Of a stretch of 61,012 bases of DNA, positions 19,874 to 29,313 are shown in pieces (within the stretch, counting starts at the first letter, position 1; every line of letters begins with the position of its first letter). Position numbers and translations under genes: made by a program. Origin of the DNA: Candidatus Omnitrophota bacterium (GTDB taxonomy: Bacteria > Omnitrophota > Omnitrophia > Omnitrophales > JACROU01); assembly GCA_016214265.1 (NCBI GenBank), contig JACROU010000078.1:1-61012 (forward strand). The letters are read 5' to 3'. The notes under the pieces are model-generated. The model ran no database searches, was not told the DNA's origin, and saw nothing but the letters and a program-made list of their open reading frames with translations.

Positions 19874-20830
19874 ATGATAAATATCGCAATTCAAATTCTG
19901 ATCTGGGCTGTTGGCATCATTGCCGTCGTGACGGTAAATGCGCTGGCGCTGGTGTATCTTGAGCGAAAGGTGAGCGCGCATATTCAGTGCCGCCTGGGAC
20001 CGATGCAGGTGGGCTTTCACGGATTGCTGCAGACCGTTGCGGATGCCGTGAAACTGGTGTCGAAAGAGCAAATCATCCCAAAGAATGCGGATAAAGTTCT
20101 GTTCATCCTAGCGCCCATTCTGGCTTTTTTCCCGGTGATCGTTCTTTTTGTGGTGATGCCGTTTGCGCCGAATCTGATTTGCCGCGATCTGAATATCGGT
20201 GTGCTGTACGTGTTTTCGTTCGCCAGCTTGGAAGTGATCGCGATTTTTATGGCGGGGTGGTCGTCAAATAACAAATATTCGCTGCTGGGCGCGATGCGTT
20301 CGGTAGCTCAGGTAGTTTCCTACGAAGTGCCGCTTCTTCTCGCGGTACTCGCCGTCGTACTGGTGATCGGTTCCCTAAAAATGTCTGAAGTGGTTCAGTA
20401 TCAACATAAAATTTGGATGATATTTCTTCAGCCGGCGGCGTTCCTTATTTTTATGATGGGTGGACTTGCGGACACGAACCGTTCTCCCTTCGACATTCCT
20501 GAAGCTGAGTCAGAATTGATCGCCGGATTTCACACGGAATATTCTGGAATGCGTTTTGCGCTCTTTTTTCTGTCTGAATATTCAAACGTGTTTTTGGTTT
20601 CCTGTATTGCGACCGCGCTTTTTCTGGGCGGATGGTACGGGCCGTTTGTGAACGGCATTCACTGGTTTGTGATTAAGGTGTACGCGCTTGTGTTCGTGAT
20701 GATGTGGGTTCGCTGGACTTTGCCGCGCCTACGTCCGGATCAGTTGATGAATTTTTGCTGGAAAATTTTGACACCGATCGCCATTCTGAATTTGTTGGTG
20801 ACGGGCGTTGTACTGAAATTGGTGCATTAA
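19874..20830 (+). CDS. nuoH: NADH-quinone oxidoreductase subunit H
   Basis: ERKVSAHIQCRLGP, NKYSLLGAMR, PFDIPEAESEL, PRLRPDQLM. Confidence 0.96.
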   Translation: MINIAIQILIWAVGIIAVVTVNALALVYLERKVSAHIQCRLGPMQVGFHGLLQTVADAVKLVSKEQIIPKNADKVLFILAPILAFFPVIVLFVVMPFAPNLICRDLNIGVLYVFSFASLEVIAIFMAGWSSNNKYSLLGAMRSVAQVVSYEVPLLLAVLAVVLVIGSLKMSEVVQYQHKIWMIFLQPAAFLIFMMGGLADTNRSPFDIPEAESELIAGFHTEYSGMRFALFFLSEYSNVFLVSCIATALFLGGWYGPFVNGIHWFVIKVYALVFVMMWVRWTLPRLRPDQLMNFCWKILTPIAILNLLVTGVVLKLVH

Positions 20831-20832
20831 TC

Positions 20833-21300
20833 ATGTTCAAAAATATCAAAGAAATATTTACCGGCGCCTGGAGCATTCTGGTCGGCATGTTCATCACGTT
20901 CAAATGGATGCTGAAACGACCGGTTACAATTCAGTATCCCAAACAGCCGACCCGTCCTTCACCGGTACACAAGGGCCGCATTCGTTTCGTGATTTTCCCG
21001 GCAACCGGAACTCATGATTGCATCGCGTGTTTGAAGTGTCAGAATATTTGTCCGTCCGATTGTTTCGAGATTAAAGGAGATAAGCCGGCGGAAGGTGGAA
21101 AGAAACGCCCCAACTTTTTCACGTACAATTTTTCAAATTGTTCGCTCTGCAGTCTCTGTATCGAGGCTTGTCCTACGAAGACACTGGAGCATTCTCCGGA
21201 GTTTAATCTTGCCAGCGAGAATAAAGATGATTATTTTTATAATTTCTTGAACGACGTTGAAGAGAGAAAGAAAAAAGTAGATGCCACTGTCAATCGGTGA
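20833..21300 (+). CDS. nuoI: NADH-quinone oxidoreductase subunit I
   Basis: VTIQYP; two CxxCxxCxxxCP 4Fe-4S motifs; ATG 20833 directly after the nuoH stop. Confidence 0.92.
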   Translation: MFKNIKEIFTGAWSILVGMFITFKWMLKRPVTIQYPKQPTRPSPVHKGRIRFVIFPATGTHDCIACLKCQNICPSDCFEIKGDKPAEGGKKRPNFFTYNFSNCSLCSLCIEACPTKTLEHSPEFNLASENKDDYFYNFLNDVEERKKKVDATVNR

Positions 21301-21838
21301 TTTGATTTTCGTGTGTTTTGTCGGCATCACGTTCGCCGGGGCCATTATGGCCGTGAGCCTCAAGAATATTTTTCATAACGCGCTCAGCCTTGCTTTGACA
21401 CTGTTGGGGACCGCGGGAATTTTTGTTTTTCTGCACTGTGAGTTTTTGGGCCTGATGCAGATCCTGATTTACGCGGGTGCTATTTCGATTGCCATTATTT
21501 TTGCCGTAATGTTGTCGCCCCCGCTTTCGCTGAAACCGAAGAAGAGGAGTGTGACCAAAGTTCTGGTTTCGCTTTCCGTCAGCACGCTTACGTTTGTTAC
21601 ATTGGCCTACATTTTTATCCGTACGCCGTGGCCGATTTCCGCCAATGCGGACGCGGGAGATTTTTCGGCGACTCATATCGGAGAAATCTTGATCAGCCGT
21701 TACGCGTTTGCGTTCGAGCTGATTTCAATCGTGCTTTTGGTCGCGATTCTCGGCGCTCTCGTGATTGCCCACGAAGAGCCAGGGGACCGGAGACTGGATC
21801 CCGAGATTTCTTTGGAAGACGAAAGGTGGGCGTCATGA
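21281..21838 (+). CDS. nuoJ: NADH-quinone oxidoreductase subunit J
   Basis: QILIYAGAI, FELISIVLLVAILGA. Confidence 0.93.
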   Translation: MPLSIGDLIFVCFVGITFAGAIMAVSLKNIFHNALSLALTLLGTAGIFVFLHCEFLGLMQILIYAGAISIAIIFAVMLSPPLSLKPKKRSVTKVLVSLSVSTLTFVTLAYIFIRTPWPISANADAGDFSATHIGEILISRYAFAFELISIVLLVAILGALVIAHEEPGDRRLDPEISLEDERWAS

Positions 21839-22149
21839 TTTACAATCAGCTCACGCCGTATCTTTTGGTTTCCGCCGTTCTTTTTTGCGCGGGGCTTTAC
21901 GGCATTATCGAGCGCCGGTCTTTGATCGGAATTCTGATTGCCGCCGAACTGATTTTGAACGCGGCCAATATCAACTTTCTGGCGTTCGGGCGTTTCATGG
22001 ATGTGGATAAAGCAATCGGGCAGATTTACGCGATTTTTGTGATTGGCCTTGCCGCGGCTGAGGTGGCAGTGGGCTTGAGCATTGTGATTATGATTCACCG
22101 GAAATTCAAAAGCATCAACGTTGAAAAATTGGTGAAGTTGAAGGGTTAA
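21835..22149 (+). CDS. nuoK: NADH-quinone oxidoreductase subunit K
   Basis: ELILNAANINF, AAAEVAVGL; ATGA overlap with nuoJ. Confidence 0.93.
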   Translation: MIYNQLTPYLLVSAVLFCAGLYGIIERRSLIGILIAAELILNAANINFLAFGRFMDVDKAIGQIYAIFVIGLAAAEVAVGLSIVIMIHRKFKSINVEKLVKLKG

Positions 22150-22155
22150 CGAATA

Positions 22156-24003
22156 ATGAATTTGAATCTGTTACACATTTCCGTTTTTGCCAACTTTCTG
22201 GCATTCGTCGTCATCGTCTTTTTGCCGAAGACGTGGGTGAAGCGGTCCGTGACGGTGGCGGTGTCTTTCGCCGGTATCGGCGCTCTGGCCTCGACGATAC
22301 TTTTATTCCGTCAGTTCAGCGCGCCCGCTCCGATTGAATGGGTGATTCCGTGGCTGAAATGGAATTCCGCGCAGGTGAACGTCGGCTACTATCTCGACAC
22401 GCTCGCGCTGGTGATGCTTACTTCGGTGTGCGTGATCAGTTTCCTCATCCAGCTTTATTCCGTCTGGTACATGAATGAAGATCCCGCGAAGAAACGTTTC
22501 TTCGGGACGATCACGTTTTTTACCTGGGCGATGATTTCGTTCGTCGTCTCCGTCAATCTGTTTGCCAGCTATTTATTCTGGGAATTAATCGGTCTGGCTT
22601 CCTATTTATTAATTGGATTTTGGCACGAGAAAGCTTCCGCTCGCGCTGCCGCGATCAAGGCCTTTGTCATGACGCGCTTCGGCGATTTGGGATTTATGGC
22701 AGCCGTGATTTTGCTCATCATTCAAGTTCACAATACCGATATTTCATTTTTGATCACACAGGCGGGTTCCCAGCTTGGCCAGACTCAGCTGTTAATTATC
22801 GTGGGGCTGATTTTCCTCGGCGTGATGGGGAAGTCGGCGCAGTTTCCACTGTACACTTGGTTGCCCGATGCCATGGAAGGTCCGACACCAGTCAGCGCGC
22901 TGATTCATTCGGCGACGATGGTGGCGGCGGGCGTTTTTTTGCTGGTTCGCCTTTTTCCGCTCATCGAACTTTCGAGCGCGGGGATGCATTACATCTGTTT
23001 TATCGGGGGGCTTTCATCCCTCCTTACCGCGATTCTGGCCCTGCTCGAGCGGGATATGAAGCGGATTCTCGCGTACTCCACCTGCAGTCAGCTGGGATTT
23101 ATGGTGATGGCGGTGGGGGCGGGGACGTGGTCGGGCGGCATGTTTCATCTTCTGACGCACGCGTTTTTCAAATCGATGCTCTTTTTGCTTTCCGGCTATT
23201 TTATTTTCGCCTCGCATCATTCCAATGACATTTTCGATATGGCCAAGGTGCCGCTGAAAGATAAATCGAAACTGATGCTTGCGCTCCTGTGGATTGGTGC
23301 GCTTGCGCTCGCCGGACTGTTTCCACTTTCCGGATTTATGAGCAAAGAAAATATTTTCGGCTATCTTCTCGAGCATCATCATTACGGCATTTACAGCGTA
23401 GCGCTTACGATTAGTTTTCTCACCGCTTATTACACGTCGCGCATGGCGTTTGTGGTGTCGAGGGACGGGCATCATCAAATGGAACATCACACAATTTCGA
23501 AGGGGCTCAACATTGCGCTTCGTGTACCGGTGACCGTGCTGGGCTTGGTGACGGTGGCCGGAGTTTGGGTGTTTTTTCCGTGGCTCAAAGAATTTTTCCA
23601 GCTTCATCTGGAATTGAATCGGGAGTTCTGGCTGAATTTTGGGATTACCACCACGGTCGTTCTGACGGGCATCGGCATCGCGTATCTTTATTTCGGAAGA
23701 AAAACGTTTAGCGAAAAAGGATGGGTGGGATTTGTTCCGGGACTGGATTTTCTGATCGCTAAGAAATTTTATCTCGATATTTTCTGGAACGCCGTGATGC
23801 AAAAGGGCGTGTATGGACTGGCGAAAGCCGGATTCTGGAGCGAGGCGCATATCGTGAATGCCGCGGTGAATAATGTCGGCTATGCCTGCGTGCGTGGTGG
23901 AAAAGCTGTCACGAAGCTGCAGGCAGGCGAGGTGCAGCGCTACATTGTGATTGCGGTGCTGGTGATTGTTGCCGTGGTGCTCTATTTGACGTTTAGGGGA
24001 TAG
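22156..24003 (+). CDS. nuoL: NADH-quinone oxidoreductase subunit L
   Basis: GKSAQFPLYTWLPDAMEGPTPVSALIHSATMV, FHLLTHAFFK. Confidence 0.96.
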   Translation: MNLNLLHISVFANFLAFVVIVFLPKTWVKRSVTVAVSFAGIGALASTILLFRQFSAPAPIEWVIPWLKWNSAQVNVGYYLDTLALVMLTSVCVISFLIQLYSVWYMNEDPAKKRFFGTITFFTWAMISFVVSVNLFASYLFWELIGLASYLLIGFWHEKASARAAAIKAFVMTRFGDLGFMAAVILLIIQVHNTDISFLITQAGSQLGQTQLLIIVGLIFLGVMGKSAQFPLYTWLPDAMEGPTPVSALIHSATMVAAGVFLLVRLFPLIELSSAGMHYICFIGGLSSLLTAILALLERDMKRILAYSTCSQLGFMVMAVGAGTWSGGMFHLLTHAFFKSMLFLLSGYFIFASHHSNDIFDMAKVPLKDKSKLMLALLWIGALALAGLFPLSGFMSKENIFGYLLEHHHYGIYSVALTISFLTAYYTSRMAFVVSRDGHHQMEHHTISKGLNIALRVPVTVLGLVTVAGVWVFFPWLKEFFQLHLELNREFWLNFGITTTVVLTGIGIAYLYFGRKTFSEKGWVGFVPGLDFLIAKKFYLDIFWNAVMQKGVYGLAKAGFWSEAHIVNAAVNNVGYACVRGGKAVTKLQAGEVQRYIVIAVLVIVAVVLYLTFRG

Positions 24004-24009
24004 GACAGT

Positions 24010-25512
24010 ATGAAATTTCCAATTCTGACTACTATTTTATTGGCTCCGATTACGGCCATGATTCTCATCATGCTCGTCAAAGAGACCCAGACCAAACTGA
24101 TCAAGACACTGGCTTTGGTCGGGAGCGGCATTTCGTTCGTGCTGTCTGCCTACCTGGTGTGCACGTTTGACTTTCAGCACCCCAGTTTTCAGTGGACCGA
24201 ACAATTTTTCACGGTGCCGGGGTGGGGGATTCAATTTCTGCTGGCCGTTGACGGACTCAGCATTCCACTGCTCCTTCTGACCTCGATTATCATGGTGTCC
24301 GGCGTGCTGGTGACTCAGCGCCTTACGTTCCGTGTGAAAGAATATTTTGCCCTGCTTCTTTTCCTTGTTTCCGGCGCGTACGGTGTGCTTCTTTCGATGG
24401 ATATGTTTTTCTTCTTTCTCTTTTACGAAGTCGCCGTGATCCCGATGTTTTTACTCGTCAATGTTTGGGGATCCGGGAATAAAGTGTACGCGGCGAACAA
24501 ACTGACACTCTATCTTCTGGCCGGATCCGCGCTGGTGCTTTTCGGATTTTTTATTCTCTATTTCAAGTCCGGACTTTACTCCTTCGATCTGAAAGCGCTG
24601 TTGGACGGGAACATTCACTTTGATGCCGGAACTCAGAAATGGCTGTTTATCCTTTTCTTGATCGGATTCGGCACGTTGGCCGCGACGTGGCCGTTTCACT
24701 CCTGGTCGCCCGACGGATACGCTTCGGCGCCGACCGCGGCCAGCATGCTGCACGCCGCTGTGCTGAAAACGCTGGGAGCTTACGGCATTTTGCGCGTCGC
24801 GATTCCGCTGTTTCCGGAAGGGGCCAAATATTGGCAGCCGCTGATGCTCGCGCTTGGCACCATCAACATTCTTTACGCGGCGTTCTGCGTTATCGCGCAG
24901 AAAGATTTGAAATATATCGTGGGTTATTCCTGCGTGTCCCACATGGGCGTAGTGATGCTCGGCATCGGAACCCTCACGCAAACCGGTTTTAACGGAGCGA
25001 TGTTTCAAATGTTCTCGCATGGGATTATGGTGGCGCTTCTGTTCGCCTGCGTCGGCTATGTGTATGACACCAAACATACCCGGAATATTGAAGAGCTTGG
25101 AGGTTTATTCAAAGAGATGCCTCGACTTTCCATTTTCTTCATTTTGGCTGGTTTGACGGCGCTGGGACTTCCCGGACTTTCAGGATTTGTCGCGGAATTT
25201 CTCGTAATTTATTCGACGTACACCGTCTCGCCGATTTACGGAACGCTGGCTCTTGCCGGACTGGTGCTTTCAGCGATTTATATCCTGCGCGTCGTCAAAC
25301 GCGCGTTCTGGGGCGTGCCGGCCGGAGTGGTTTCGGTGGGAAAAGGCCACGGCCACGATCAAGGCCCCATTTTGGCGGGGGAGGATTTAAATTGGAGCAT
25401 GTCGATCCCAAATTATTTGCTCTTTTCATTTTTATTGGTTCTTGGAATTTACCCTAAACTGTTCACGGATTTTGTGATGCAAACGACCGCGTTGCTCTTG
25501 AAGGGATTTTAA
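24010..25512 (+). CDS. nuoM: NADH-quinone oxidoreductase subunit M
   Basis: VDGLS, PFHSWSPDGY, SHMG, GLPGLSGFVAEF. Confidence 0.95.
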   Translation: MKFPILTTILLAPITAMILIMLVKETQTKLIKTLALVGSGISFVLSAYLVCTFDFQHPSFQWTEQFFTVPGWGIQFLLAVDGLSIPLLLLTSIIMVSGVLVTQRLTFRVKEYFALLLFLVSGAYGVLLSMDMFFFFLFYEVAVIPMFLLVNVWGSGNKVYAANKLTLYLLAGSALVLFGFFILYFKSGLYSFDLKALLDGNIHFDAGTQKWLFILFLIGFGTLAATWPFHSWSPDGYASAPTAASMLHAAVLKTLGAYGILRVAIPLFPEGAKYWQPLMLALGTINILYAAFCVIAQKDLKYIVGYSCVSHMGVVMLGIGTLTQTGFNGAMFQMFSHGIMVALLFACVGYVYDTKHTRNIEELGGLFKEMPRLSIFFILAGLTALGLPGLSGFVAEFLVIYSTYTVSPIYGTLALAGLVLSAIYILRVVKRAFWGVPAGVVSVGKGHGHDQGPILAGEDLNWSMSIPNYLLFSFLLVLGIYPKLFTDFVMQTTALLLKGF

Positions 25513-25514
25513 TT

Positions 25515-26933
25515 ATGTGGTTTTACGCGATTGAAACTATTTTAACTGTTGCCGCGATTTTTTTCTTTGCTTCAAGTTTGCGCCGCGATCTTAATGTGGA
25601 AGCGCTCGAGAAATTCGCTTCGGTGTGCGGAGCGGTTGTGCTTGCTTCCGCCGTTTTGTCGTTTGGTTTTCGCGGAATCTTTTTCGCGGGCACTTACGAG
25701 ATGGATGCCTTCAGCCAGTTTGTGAAATTGATTCTGGCCCTCGGATATTTCATCGCGCTCTTGATCTCACGCAACATTCACGACATTGAAGGAAAATATC
25801 GGCCGGAATATTTTCTGTTTCTGACCACTGCCACACTTGGCATGACCGTGCTGGTGAGCGCGAAGGATTTAATTACGCTGTACACGGGGCTCGAGCTTTC
25901 CTCGTATTCGTTGTATCTCTTGATCCCGATGAGAAAACATGACAACGCGAGTATTGAGGCTGCAATCAAATATTTAATCATCGGCATCGCCTCGACTGGC
26001 GTCATGATTTACGGATTCAGTTTGCTGTTCGGCCTCACGCAGACGACGTATCTGAATGAAATTGCGGCCAAACTGCCCGGCCTGATTCATCTTCATGTTT
26101 TCTGGGTCGCGTTTTTTCTTTCGGTCGTGGCGTTCCTGTTCAAACTTTCGCTCTTTCCGCTTCATGCCTGGGCCCCGGATGTTTATGAAGGGGGCAACGC
26201 TCAGACGGTGGGATTTATTTCCACGGTGTCGAAAGTGGCAGGACTGGCTGTGTTCATTCGTTTCGTGATGATGGCGGGGCATGACAACCGGGTTCTTGAA
26301 GGTGTGTGGATTTCTCTGGCGATCGCGTCGATGACGCTCGGAAACCTTTCCGCGCTGATTCAGGGCGATATGAAGCGCCTTTTGGCTTATTCCAGCATCG
26401 CCCAGGCCGGGTATCTCTTGGTTGGTGTGCTGTGTCTGAACGATAAAGGTTTGAGCGCGGCGATGTTTTATGCCGCGGTGTATGTCGTGATGAATTTCGC
26501 GGCCTTCTTCGTCGTGACGCAAATTTCCGAGGGCGGAAAAAATGTCAGCATCAGCCAATTCCGCGGACTTTCCAGCCGCTCACCGCTTTTGGCGCTCGTG
26601 CTGATGCTCGCCCTTTTCTCTTTGGCCGGAGTTCCGCCACTTGCGGGGTTTACCGGAAAATGGTTTTTGTTCACCGCTGCTGTTTCCAGCGGTTTTAAAG
26701 TGGTTGCGATGATCGCGATTATCAACAGCGTCATTTCACTCTACTATTATTTAGTGATTATCAAAGAAGCCTACACATCACCGGATCAAGGTGCCTACAT
26801 TCAGCCGCTGGTTTTAAGTCCTGTGTCGCGCCTGTTCTGCTTTGCGGTTATTTTAGTGCTTGCCGTCGCCGGATTTTTTCCGGGAATTCTGATGCCGCTT
26901 GCCGCTAAGAGCGTGTCGATGTTTTTTGGGTAA
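25515..26933 (+). CDS. nuoN: NADH-quinone oxidoreductase subunit N
   Basis: EAAIKY, HAWAPDVYEG, KRLLAYSSIAQAGY, SLAGVPPLAGF. Confidence 0.95.
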   Translation: MWFYAIETILTVAAIFFFASSLRRDLNVEALEKFASVCGAVVLASAVLSFGFRGIFFAGTYEMDAFSQFVKLILALGYFIALLISRNIHDIEGKYRPEYFLFLTTATLGMTVLVSAKDLITLYTGLELSSYSLYLLIPMRKHDNASIEAAIKYLIIGIASTGVMIYGFSLLFGLTQTTYLNEIAAKLPGLIHLHVFWVAFFLSVVAFLFKLSLFPLHAWAPDVYEGGNAQTVGFISTVSKVAGLAVFIRFVMMAGHDNRVLEGVWISLAIASMTLGNLSALIQGDMKRLLAYSSIAQAGYLLVGVLCLNDKGLSAAMFYAAVYVVMNFAAFFVVTQISEGGKNVSISQFRGLSSRSPLLALVLMLALFSLAGVPPLAGFTGKWFLFTAAVSSGFKVVAMIAIINSVISLYYYLVIIKEAYTSPDQGAYIQPLVLSPVSRLFCFAVILVLAVAGFFPGILMPLAAKSVSMFFG

Positions 26934-26934
26934 T

Positions 26935-27031
26935 TGTCATCCCGGCGAAGGCCGGGATCCAGAAATTAAGTGCCAGGTTCATGAACCTGGCACCTAATAC
27001 GACTGGATTCTGGGTCAAGCCTGGAATGACA
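26935..27031. repeat. GTCAT...ATGAC palindromic element (RPE/REP-like) with nested GTGCCAGG palindrome
   Basis: TGTCATCCCGGCGAAGGCCGGGATCCAG ... CTGGATTCTGGGTCAAGCCTGGAATGACA enclosing GTGCCAGGTTCATGAACCTGGCAC; related inverted copy at 52411-52521. Confidence 0.85.
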
Positions 27032-27042
27032 GAGAAACGACT

Positions 27043-27312
27043 ATGTCTAACATTCAACAAATTGGTGTGATTGCGAGTGCTGTTCTTCCATTATTTAATA
27101 TCCCGCTGATTATTAAGCTCGTATCCCGGAAATCGTCGAGAGATTTCAGTCTTGTGTGGGTGCTCGGCTGTTGGGCGTGTACGATTTTGATGTTTCCTGC
27201 CGCCATGGTGAGTCAGGATCTTGCTTTCAAAGTGTTTGTGACTGTGAACGTAGTTCTGTTTTCCATCGTAACATTTCTCGTGGTAAGATACCGAAATGGA
27301 GCCAAATCATGA
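27043..27312 (+). CDS. SemiSWEET / PQ-loop family small transporter
   Basis: 89 aa, three TM helices, P-x-I-I-K ... RKSSRDFS pattern. Confidence 0.7.
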   Translation: MSNIQQIGVIASAVLPLFNIPLIIKLVSRKSSRDFSLVWVLGCWACTILMFPAAMVSQDLAFKVFVTVNVVLFSIVTFLVVRYRNGAKS

Positions 27313-28694
27313 ACATGCGAACTGAAAAAGACACTATGGGCACCAAAGAAGTTCCGGCTGACTCACTTTATGGCATTCAAACGTTCCGCGCCGTCGAAAA
27401 TTTTCCTATCAGCGGTTTGCGCGCGCACAAACATTTTGTGTGGGCGACGGTGGTGATCAAGAAAGCTGCCGCGCTCGTGAATATGCAAGTCGGCAAACTC
27501 CCGAAAGATATGGGCGAGGCGATCGTGAAAGCCTGCGACGAAGTTCTGGCGGGGCAGTGGCGTGAGCATTTCGTGGTGGATGTGTATCAGGCCGGTGCGG
27601 GAACGTCCCACAACATGAACGCCAACGAAGTCATCGCCAATCGTGCGGCCGAAATTCTGGGACTCCCGAAAGGTGACTATACCAAAATCAATCCCAACGA
27701 TCACGTCAACATGGGCCAGTCGACGAATGATATTTTTCCGACGGCGATGCGGCTGGCAATTCTGAAACAGCTGGAGGATTTTTATCCGCCGCTTCTTCAG
27801 CTTGAAAAAACGTTTATCAAAAAAGGCGAGGAATTTAAACATATATTGAAGTCGGGCCGCACGCATCTTCAGGATGCCGTGCCGGTGACGCTGGGACAGG
27901 AATTTAACGCTTACGGTCTGGCGATGAAAAAAGCGCATGAGCGCATTCACCAGGCGGCTGAGGGGATCAAAGTGCTTGGCATCGGCGGCAGCGCGGTTGG
28001 TACCGGACTGAACGCGGCTCCGGGATACCGCGAGGGCATGATTCGCGAGCTTTCAAAAATCACGGGCTGGCAGCTTTCCAGCGCGAAAAGTTTGTTTGAG
28101 GCGATGGAAAGTGCGGCGGATTTTACCGGCATTTCATCCGCCATTAAAAATTTAGCGGTTGAGTTGATTCGAATTGCCAACGATCTTCGGCTTCTGGCCT
28201 CGGGTCCGCGCACCGGATTTAACGAAATTATTCTTCCGCCGGTTCAGCCGGGATCCAGCATTATGCCGGGCAAAGTCAATCCCGTGATGGCCGAGATGCT
28301 CGACATGGTGGGCTATCAGGTGCTGGGTTACGACCAGACGGTGACGCTGGCGGCGCAGGCCGGTCAGCTGGAGTTGAACGTGATGATGCCGGTGATGATT
28401 CACAGCATTCTCTCCTCGCTTGAGATTCTTAAAAATTCCATCGCGGTATTTGATAAACGCTGTATTGACGGTATCAAAGCGAATATCGAAATCTGCGAAG
28501 AATTCATGCACAAAAGTTTAGGCATCGCGACGGTGCTCAATCCTTTCATCGGATACGCGAAAGCGGCCGAGGTGAATAAAGAAGCGTACCGGAGCGGAAA
28601 AACAGTTCGCGAAGTGATTCTGGAAAAGAAAATTCTTTCGGAAGAGGAACTGAATAAAATTCTGACGCCGAAATATTTGACGGGAGTGGAATAA
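27309..28694 (+). CDS. aspA: aspartate ammonia-lyase (class II fumarase/aspartase family)
   Basis: YGIQTFRA, QAGAGTSHNMNANE, GRTHLQDA, GSSIMPGKVNPV; fumarase activity is not excluded. Confidence 0.8.
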   Translation: MNMRTEKDTMGTKEVPADSLYGIQTFRAVENFPISGLRAHKHFVWATVVIKKAAALVNMQVGKLPKDMGEAIVKACDEVLAGQWREHFVVDVYQAGAGTSHNMNANEVIANRAAEILGLPKGDYTKINPNDHVNMGQSTNDIFPTAMRLAILKQLEDFYPPLLQLEKTFIKKGEEFKHILKSGRTHLQDAVPVTLGQEFNAYGLAMKKAHERIHQAAEGIKVLGIGGSAVGTGLNAAPGYREGMIRELSKITGWQLSSAKSLFEAMESAADFTGISSAIKNLAVELIRIANDLRLLASGPRTGFNEIILPPVQPGSSIMPGKVNPVMAEMLDMVGYQVLGYDQTVTLAAQAGQLELNVMMPVMIHSILSSLEILKNSIAVFDKRCIDGIKANIEICEEFMHKSLGIATVLNPFIGYAKAAEVNKEAYRSGKTVREVILEKKILSEEELNKILTPKYLTGVE

Positions 28695-28695
28695 C

Positions 28696-29313
28696 ATGAA
28701 TCGTGGACCGTGGACCGTGGACCGTGGGTTGCTGCTGATTTTGGTGCTGACGGTGGGTTTAGCTATTCCCGCGTGCGGCAAGAAAAAAGATAAGACGGAT
28801 ATCATTGCCGATCTGGAATCCAAGCCCGTGGTGACGGAAGTAAAGTCCGAAGCCAAGCCGGCGGCGGAAGAAAAGAAAGAGGCGGAACCCAAGGTCGTGG
28901 ACAACAGTCCGAATCCGGTTTCGACAGACATTCAGCCCACGCAAACACCTGTGCCGTCAACGTCGGCAACGCCTGCTACAACTCCGACTCAAGGCTATGA
29001 AGTATCTGCACAGAAAGTGGGGGCTCCGTCAGTTCCATCAGCTCCCGGGGTACCTCAAGTGCCGGCTGTGCCGCAGACGCCGGCGCCATATCCGCCGTAT
29101 CAGGGGTACAAAGCGCCGCAGCAGGGAGCCGCCTCGCCGTATTCGAATCCTTACGGAGCGCCTCCGCCCAATCCTTATTACGGGGGATACACTCCGCCTC
29201 AGAAATACAAAGCGCCGGGTCCGATTGAATCCACTGGCGAATTTATCGGTCATCTCGTCAATCCGTTCAAACGCAAGGAAGATGAGAGCAAGAAAACCTA
29301 CAAGGGAATTTAA
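28696..29313 (+). CDS. Pro/Tyr-rich lipoprotein
   Basis: Hydrophobic stretch and lipobox-like IPAC; low-complexity P/Y-rich C-terminus; first codons are 7-mer repeats. Confidence 0.7.
   Translation: MNRGPWTVDRGLLLILVLTVGLAIPACGKKKDKTDIIADLESKPVVTEVKSEAKPAAEEKKEAEPKVVDNSPNPVSTDIQPTQTPVPSTSATPATTPTQGYEVSAQKVGAPSVPSAPGVPQVPAVPQTPAPYPPYQGYKAPQQGAASPYSNPYGAPPPNPYYGGYTPPQKYKAPGPIESTGEFIGHLVNPFKRKEDESKKTYKGI
28699..28726 (+). repeat. 7-mer tandem repeat, left arm only
   Basis: AATCGTG GACCGTG GACCGTG GACCGTG, encoding NRGPWTVDR. Confidence 0.8.
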
